A stretch of DNA of 64,000 nucleotides from a virus, in IMG/VR virus record IMGVR_UViG_3300033143_004671, positions 23,210 to 87,209 of that record; one strand, given 5' to 3'. A program made the position numbers and the translations under genes. The notes beneath the pieces were generated by a model, which saw nothing but the letters and a program-made list of their open reading frames with translations, ran no database searches and was not told the origin of the DNA. Shown one piece after another: positions 58,093-64,000 of this stretch; positions within the stretch are counted from its first letter, which is position 1; each line of letters starts with the position of its first letter.

Positions 58093-59412
58093 CTAACCGG
58101 CCATTGCACTCGATGCCCAATCCCACGCCGCGTCGTAATAGCACATGACCCATGCATCGGCGTAGTCGGGCGAATGTCCCAGTCTCTTCCTCAACGTCTT
58201 CTTTGGCTCTATTTGTATGGCCCTGTCCGATGCATTCCTCAGGTACTTTATCGTACCCATCTCGTTTATCAGTTCAGAATGATCGGGCAGGTCCGCCTTG
58301 CCCTCGACAATGAGATTCCTTAAGCCCCAATATGCCTCTGCTCGTTTGTTCAAGAATCCCTTTCGCCCCGCCTTGGCCCCTGCGATAAATGGTATGGCGG
58401 GATACCCCATCTCGATCAACCTGTCACACACACCACTACCAACGCCTATCGCGTCGATATTGATTACAGTCGGATGGAACCTGTCGGATAGCATGGCCAC
58501 CTGATTAGCCGTGGCCATCGTGCCCTGCCCCTTACGCTCTAACAGTAGCCTCGACTTCATGCCCTCTCTCATCGCGACTATCGTTTTGTCATTTCCATAC
58601 TCGCCCACGTCCACACCAAAGGCACAATCCTCGCCCGGGTCGATCTTCCGCTTCGACGCCTCGGTCAGTTTGTCGGCGGGGAAGATAGCCTCGAAGTCGA
58701 CCACCACGTTCCAATCGCCTTCGATGTACTGACTCACCCACTCCTCGTTGTTTGCCCACTCCGTTCTCAGGTCCTGCTCATACGCGGGGTCGGCATGTAT
58801 GTTGTCCCGCAGCTTGGATTGGACGAACAGGTGCCCGGGACGGTTCGGCGCATCGACCCATCGCGACTTGACCCATCCCATTTGAGGGTTGCAGGAATTG
58901 CCACACCTGGGTGGTGGGATCTGCATTCGTCCCGTATATATGTTCCTCCCCTTGGATCGCCTCATTCGGGTAGACCAGAACTTATATACCTCCTCCGGCA
59001 CGTCTGTCACCTCGTCGATATACCCAGCCGCGAGTTCGAGCGACCTGATCTTGGACAGGATGTCACCAGACGCGGACTCACTGGGTTTCAATCCTCCATA
59101 GACGATCTCCGATCCGTTGCACAGAATGATCTCGTGACTGTTCCTGTCGTGCTTCCGTACCAGGCCCTCGTAGCATAGCAGCCACTCCTCCATCGTCTTG
59201 TACGTCGTTGTCCTGAACTCAGAGAACTGCCACCTGAATATCCCTACTCGGATGCCCGCCCAGGCCAGACAGTATCGCAGAGCGTCGTTGACCAGCCAGA
59301 CGGACTTCCCACCTCCCACGGCACCACCAAACAGGATATGCTTCTGCTTGGCCTTGTGGGCTATCAGTTGTCTCGGATGTGGTACGTAGGTAAGTTGTAT
59401 GTCTATGGCCAA
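58093..59412 (-). CDS. terL: terminase large subunit
   Basis: GGAVGGGKS, IDEV, CNP, GVDVG, IDAIGVG, SPDYADA. Confidence 0.95.
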   Translation of the reverse strand: MAIDIQLTYVPHPRQLIAHKAKQKHILFGGAVGGGKSVWLVNDALRYCLAWAGIRVGIFRWQFSEFRTTTYKTMEEWLLCYEGLVRKHDRNSHEIILCNGSEIVYGGLKPSESASGDILSKIRSLELAAGYIDEVTDVPEEVYKFWSTRMRRSKGRNIYTGRMQIPPPRCGNSCNPQMGWVKSRWVDAPNRPGHLFVQSKLRDNIHADPAYEQDLRTEWANNEEWVSQYIEGDWNVVVDFEAIFPADKLTEASKRKIDPGEDCAFGVDVGEYGNDKTIVAMREGMKSRLLLERKGQGTMATANQVAMLSDRFHPTVINIDAIGVGSGVCDRLIEMGYPAIPFIAGAKAGRKGFLNKRAEAYWGLRNLIVEGKADLPDHSELINEMGTIKYLRNASDRAIQIEPKKTLRKRLGHSPDYADAWVMCYYDAAWDWASSAMAG

Positions 59413-59571
59413 CTGCTCATCTCTTTCCTTCTTCCATGTAATTTTCCTTTTTTATCCTATAGTTTTTTTCTTCATATCTACCCAAAGTTTCAGTGAAACT
59501 TTACGGGTATTCCACAGCCCTGCAGCCGGGCTCTCTGCAACATAACTATTCTCCGTCAAAAGCCATAATGT

Positions 59572-59754
59572 CTACAAGACTCCGATCAACTGCAACCGAG
59601 CCTGTAGATCACATAAAAGAGAATCAAACGCCGCGTCTCCGCCCTTGCGTTTTAACATGTCTATCTCTGCTTGAACCTCTTCATCCGTCGGTCGTCGATG
59701 CAGATTATAGTGGACCTTTACCGCGTGTCTTGCCTTCTCGAATACCTCACTCAT
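59572..59754 (-). CDS. hypothetical protein
   Basis: short ORF with RBS. Confidence 0.45.
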   Translation of the reverse strand: MSEVFEKARHAVKVHYNLHRRPTDEEVQAEIDMLKRKGGDAAFDSLLCDLQARLQLIGVL

Positions 59755-59838
59755 GTCACTCGCCTTTCTGGTGCAATCGAATGCACCTCACACCCCTCGA
59801 CTATCACAGCTTTTCACCATCAAGAAGAACAGGTATGA

Positions 59839-60009
59839 TCATCGTCTGCTCTTAGGTGGAGGAGGAAACTTTATAGCCCCTCTCGGACGCTTAGGTTGCG
59901 GCTGATAACCTCTACTCCGACTCTCGTGTAAGAGCAGACCTAGTAGAAACAGGAAACCAAAGACTACTACAGCGGTCTCAATAAACTCACTTACAAGTTC
60001 AGGACTCAT
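59839..60009 (-). CDS. small membrane protein
   Basis: TM segment followed by GYQP...PPPP. Confidence 0.5.
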   Translation of the reverse strand: MSPELVSEFIETAVVVFGFLFLLGLLLHESRSRGYQPQPKRPRGAIKFPPPPKSRR

Positions 60010-60475
60010 CCCTTGTCTCCTCGACTCTCTTTTTCGCACAATCGGGGCACGACGGAATTCCAAGCTCTTCTTGCTCTTCCACGGTCAACTTCATCATCGC
60101 GTTGTGCCGGGTTGCATTTTTCGTATTGTGCCGCTTAGTAATAACATCCGCCCACTTTAGAAACTCGGCCTTGTGGAACCGGCTGACGGGATGCATATTC
60201 TCCGCATCGTCCAAGATCATCTGAACCAGCCATTCATTCGTGAATATGCCGCCATCGCCGAAGCCTCGGCATGCGTCGTCCATATTCTCCTGTACGCGGC
60301 GTTTATCACTGGCCTTGTGTTTCTTCCACCACTGGCGAATCTGTGGCGTTTGCAACTTTTCCAACAATGCGTCAGCTTCGAGTTCGCCACACAAGTAGCA
60401 CAGCATTCTCGCGACTTCATCGAGCCGCTCCATATCACTTTGGCCCGGCATGGGCCCGCCGTCTCTACATGGCAT
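59999..60475 (-). CDS. hypothetical phage protein
   Basis: MPCRDGGP, WWKKHKASD, KLTVEEQEELG. Confidence 0.7.
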   Translation of the reverse strand: MPCRDGGPMPGQSDMERLDEVARMLCYLCGELEADALLEKLQTPQIRQWWKKHKASDKRRVQENMDDACRGFGDGGIFTNEWLVQMILDDAENMHPVSRFHKAEFLKWADVITKRHNTKNATRHNAMMKLTVEEQEELGIPSCPDCAKKRVEETRDES

Positions 60476-60550
60476 TTCCCTATCCTTTCTTGTGTTTCTT
60501 CCTGTGGCACGCATAGCATAGCACGTCACACTTGGTTTTTTGCGACTCGC

Positions 60551-61003
60551 TCATTGGTTCTCCTCTCTTGCGGCGACGTACGCAGCGAGCATGGCTAGGG
60601 GGCGCGATACAAACAACGTTGGGCGATCGTGCATTTCCCACTCGCCATCGACTAACACGCGCCACAACCATTCTGGATCATCCGCGAACATGTTAAATGA
60701 TTGAACAAAAAAATTACGCTCACAGTCTTGCGAGACTACCACCCCCGCCTCGTCAAGCTCCCGCTGTATCGAGCGGAGGATCAGGCTGGCGGCTTCGTGG
60801 TCCGAGTACGGTTCGGCGCGGCCGCTGGACGGCGAGTATTCAACAGAAGACGGAACCCATCGCACTCGAACCCACCCCGCACCCACATATTCCAGCCTGC
60901 ACCGGCCTTTCCCATCCTTCCACTCGCCCGCCACGTCCAGCCCGCTCTTGCAGTAGGCTGCCAAGAACTCGGCCGTCTCGGCTGCTTGTTGTTCAGGTGT
61001 CAT
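60551..61003 (-). CDS. hypothetical protein
   Basis: AAGGAG RBS. Confidence 0.6.
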   Translation of the reverse strand: MTPEQQAAETAEFLAAYCKSGLDVAGEWKDGKGRCRLEYVGAGWVRVRWVPSSVEYSPSSGRAEPYSDHEAASLILRSIQRELDEAGVVVSQDCERNFFVQSFNMFADDPEWLWRVLVDGEWEMHDRPTLFVSRPLAMLAAYVAAREENQ

Positions 61004-61183
61004 CGGTGTTCTCCTTCATCCTATCTGGCGCCGCGAGGAAACTCTTCCTTTTGCGTCTTCGTGTCATCTCACTCACCGTCCTTCCCGTTCTGTCAGCCTT
61101 CGGCTGACGCAATCTGCCGTTACTCCGTCTCTTCGGTTACACCCGCCGGCGGTGGGCCTTTTGTCGCTGTCGTTCGGACATTT

Positions 61184-61444
61184 TCAGTTTCTTCGCCTTT
61201 CTTGCGGCCGCCTTCGGCGGCTCCGTCTTTCGGTTTCGTATCTGGTCAACAGGTCCACTCTCGCGGTCAATCGCTCCAGCCAGTCGATCAGCATCACGAT
61301 GTCGCCCTTGGTGGCTTCGGTCTGCCGTAGCCATTGCACGATGTCTGAGTTGGGCGCGATCCGTGTCCCTGTCAACTTCTCCAGCGCTTGGCGTTGATCG
61401 TCTGTAAGCTCAAATCTGATTTCGGATTCCTGCGCGTCGCTCAT
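61184..61444 (-). CDS. hypothetical protein
   Basis: GAGG RBS. Confidence 0.5.
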   Translation of the reverse strand: MSDAQESEIRFELTDDQRQALEKLTGTRIAPNSDIVQWLRQTEATKGDIVMLIDWLERLTARVDLLTRYETERRSRRRRPQERRRN

Positions 61445-61481
61445 GATGTGGCCTCTATCTCAGCGACCTGTTCTTCAGGTG

Positions 61482-61820
61482 TCATTCGCCCATCTCCTTG
61501 TAAGGCTCTTCGCTTTCAGGCTCGGTGATGGCGTCAAGATGCTCCCGCCAGTGGCTGTTCGCCTGCGCGAGCAGGATGCGAATATAGGTGTGCCACCAGC
61601 CAACATCCCCACCACCACCGTCCCCAAGCATACCAGCGTCGTAATCCGGAATCGCCTCTATCCCGTCAAGCGCCTCGGCCTTCCCGGCGGGCTGGTCCAG
61701 ACCTCGAATGTCTTGCACGAGCGCTGCGCGGCGGCGGGGGTCGATGCCGTCTGCTTCCGTTACGATCTCGACGACTTCCTCCAGCATCTCGCGACGGTTC
61801 AGTGCTTCGCCTGGGTTCAT
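61482..61820 (-). CDS. hypothetical protein
   Basis: DYDAGMLGDGGGGDVGWWHTYIR. Confidence 0.6.
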   Translation of the reverse strand: MNPGEALNRREMLEEVVEIVTEADGIDPRRRAALVQDIRGLDQPAGKAEALDGIEAIPDYDAGMLGDGGGGDVGWWHTYIRILLAQANSHWREHLDAITEPESEEPYKEMGE

Positions 61821-62488
61821 GATGATACTCCGAGCAGGCTTGTGAGTATGGACTCTAGGCGCGCGTTTTGTTTATCCCACGCCATTTTCCACGCCACGTC
61901 CCGCGACGCTTCCCGTGCCGCTCCCCTCGCCACGTCCCGCGACGCTTGCCACGCCGCCCCCCACGCCGCCGCCAGCGCCGCCCTCCACGCCGCTTCCCAC
62001 GCCGCCCCCCACGCCGCTTGCCACGCCGCTTGCCACGCCGCTCCCCGTGCCGCCTCCATCGCCGCCCCCCACGCCGCTCTCAATTCGGCACCTGTGGCCT
62101 GCCCATCGAGCCACAGCAGTTTGATATGCAGGGCCTTCCAGCATCGCTCATCCACAATGCCAGCGAGTTCGAGGGCGGACATTGCACAATCCACGGCGAA
62201 CTCGTGCAAAGCATCTGTCGCATCCGCCATTGCGGTGATCTCTCGCGTTTCAGCAACGGCCTTGCCGTTGCCTTCGACGATTTTACCACCTAGTCTTACT
62301 CGGCAAGCCAAAGAGCCTCTCGCATGGTCGAGTGCATCTATCGCCCGCCTGCTCGCGTGCATTCCGCTTCGGCACAGTACAGGAGGCCCGTCCGCCGTCA
62401 GCACTTCGCCAACTTGCGGCTTGCACCCGTCGCCGTATCGCAGCCTCCCATCATCTTGCAGGAACTGCCAACCTATCCAGTCACGCAT
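61817..62488 (-). CDS. phage protein with an AAW-repeat tract
   Basis: LCRSGMHAS...DAL; (AAWx)n repeat. Confidence 0.75.
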   Translation of the reverse strand: MRDWIGWQFLQDDGRLRYGDGCKPQVGEVLTADGPPVLCRSGMHASRRAIDALDHARGSLACRVRLGGKIVEGNGKAVAETREITAMADATDALHEFAVDCAMSALELAGIVDERCWKALHIKLLWLDGQATGAELRAAWGAAMEAARGAAWQAAWQAAWGAAWEAAWRAALAAAWGAAWQASRDVARGAAREASRDVAWKMAWDKQNARLESILTSLLGVSS

Positions 62489-62700
62489 AATTCACCTGTC
62501 CTTTCTTGTTTTTCGACAGCCTCTTTGATCGCCTCGCGCCTGCCCGCGTCCTTCCAGAACTCTTGGAACGTCGGCGAGCAATCGCGGAGGGCTTCATTCT
62601 CTTCCCGCAGGCGAGTGAGTTCGGCAATCAGCACCATCAGGCCGTCGTGGTCAACAGCATCCTGGTTCTCGATGCACGTTACAATCTCGTCGAGTATCAT
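62473..62700 (-). CDS. hypothetical protein
   Basis: short coupled ORF. Confidence 0.5.
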   Translation of the reverse strand: MILDEIVTCIENQDAVDHDGLMVLIAELTRLREENEALRDCSPTFQEFWKDAGRREAIKEAVEKQERTGELCVTG

Positions 62701-62749
62701 TCTTTCACTCCTTCGCCGCTTCGGCTGCATCCGTCTCGCAGACAGGTTT

Positions 62750-62863
62750 TATCTCGCGCACGTTCATGTTCTTCCCTTTCACAATCGTGGTGGGTGTGGA
62801 TACGCGCTTCGCACTACATCCGCACAGCGCGATAGGATGAGCTGCCGTGCGGCATCGGCGGCG
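62750..62863. repeat. 114-bp exact direct repeat (second copy 63887-64000, cut by the window end)
   Basis: identical sequence tatctcgcgcacg...catcggcggcg. Confidence 0.95.
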
Positions 62864-63904
62864 CGGCATGGGCGGCATAGGCGGCATAGGCGGCGACGTA
62901 GGCGGCATCGGCGGCATCGGCGGCGGCATCGGCGGCGGCATCGGCGGCGGCATCGGCGGCGGCATCGGCGGCGGCATCGGCGGCGCAGGCGGCGGCATGG
63001 GCGGCGGCACCAGAGGCATCGACGTAGGCGGCGGCATAAGCGGCATGGGCGGCGGCGTAGGCGGCATCGGCGGCGTTGACGGTGCAGGCGGCGGTATGGG
63101 TGGCGGCACGGGCGGCATCCCGCACGTCATCCAACGACACGCCCCCTGTTCGCCCCTCGCCCACGACTCTGTTGTCTCGATAGTCGATAGCGCCACGCTG
63201 TCGCCTTGTGGCACAAATGGCAACCCCAGCCGGGCACATGCGCATGCCGCCAGCGCGAGTTTCTTTCTCGAACGGCTCTCGGGCGGGCCGCAGAGTCTGC
63301 CGAGAAGCCACAGCATGTGGTCACCGCGCTTGCAATCGGCCCACGCTTGGTCAACCGTCTTTTGCTCGCTCACCCACCTCAGGGCGTTTGTAATCTCGCC
63401 CCACGGACACTCCGGATTGTGCGGCACTGTCTGCCACGAGTGCCCTATCATCTCTTCGAGCATCGGGCCGGACGGCCAGCATTCGCGGCAGAGGATGTTG
63501 TTATCCTCCGGAAGCGCGTTGGCTGTACACAGTGCCGCGTCCAGTCGCGCTTTCAGCAGGGCGGCCAGCCTCCTGGCAACGGCCTTCGCCGCTTCGGCTT
63601 GACTGAGCCGTTTGCCGAGCTTATGGTTCTCTGCCTGTAAGCATGCCAGTTCGCTCTCGTATTCCTTGCGTTCCGCGTCCCAGCACCTCTCGCAGGCCGT
63701 CTCCTTCGCCGCCTCTCGGCCACTGTATATCCCGTACCCGACGCCATCTTCATTGGCTGGGCCACGGTGGCCGGGAATGCATTCCGGGCCGGGCTCCCCG
63801 CACCACAGGAGATCGTCGAGGGCACACCCGCATTCCTGATCGCTGCACAGTCCGTCGTAACCGTTTACCCGCAGCCACTCAATTAGTATCTCGCGCACGT
63901 TCAT
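62779..63904 (-). pseudogene. composite Cys-rich/Ala-repeat phage gene with two frameshifts (~63143 and ~62865)
   Basis: AWADCKRGDHMLWLL domain continues as VSLDDVRDAA-(AADA)n, then AADAARQLILSRCADVVRSAYP, in different frames. Confidence 0.55.
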
Positions 63905-64000
63905 GTTCTTCCCTTTCACAATCGTGGTGGGTGTGGATACGCGCTTCGCACTACATCCGCACAGCGCGATAGGATGAGCTGCCGTGCGGCATCGGCGGCG

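Noticed and set aside
59412-60000. Small terminase subunit upstream of TerL
   Set aside because: The adjacent ORFs are short and show no TerS-like features.
61443-63602. Plus-strand Gly-, Arg- or His-rich ORFs and the Pro-rich frame
   Set aside because: These are shadow frames of the GCC-rich Ala repeats on the minus strand.
62750-64000. DGR template/variable repeat pair
   Set aside because: The copies are identical with no adenine-specific differences, and no reverse transcriptase is in the window.

Overview
This is a 64-kb piece of a tailed dsDNA bacteriophage (siphovirus-type morphogenesis genes). No integrase, DNA polymerase, small terminase subunit or clear endolysin is recognisable in the window. 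Plus strand, 1-24.9 kb: the C-terminal end of an SbcC/Rad50-type ATPase; an ~8-kb glycan-building cluster (four glycosyltransferase-like genes, a deacetylase, a PLP aminotransferase, a radical SAM enzyme, a methyltransferase and a sulfotransferase); primase, DnaB, a second radical SAM, a PAPS-reductase-family gene and an SNF2 helicase; an early region of small genes with repeated leader elements, DUF932 and a sigma-70 region-2 protein. Minus strand, 24.9-64 kb: TerL, portal, GroES, a MuF-metallopeptidase fusion, a split XkdF/HK97-type protease, an island with tRNA-Lys, a pseudo-tRNA and structured RNAs, an HK97 capsid, decoration/fibre proteins, head-tail genes, duplicated tail-tube genes, a frameshifted tail chaperone, tape measure and tail tip. 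A further GT4 and a sulfotransferase sit inside the morphogenesis operon. The most notable signal is a strong, codon-independent enrichment of the dipeptide Ser-Asp in predicted exposed virion proteins but not in enzymes. Together with the glycosyl- and sulfotransferases, this suggests a phage-encoded virion O-glycosylation system with an S-D sequon (inference). All calls come from reading motifs by eye; no database search was run.
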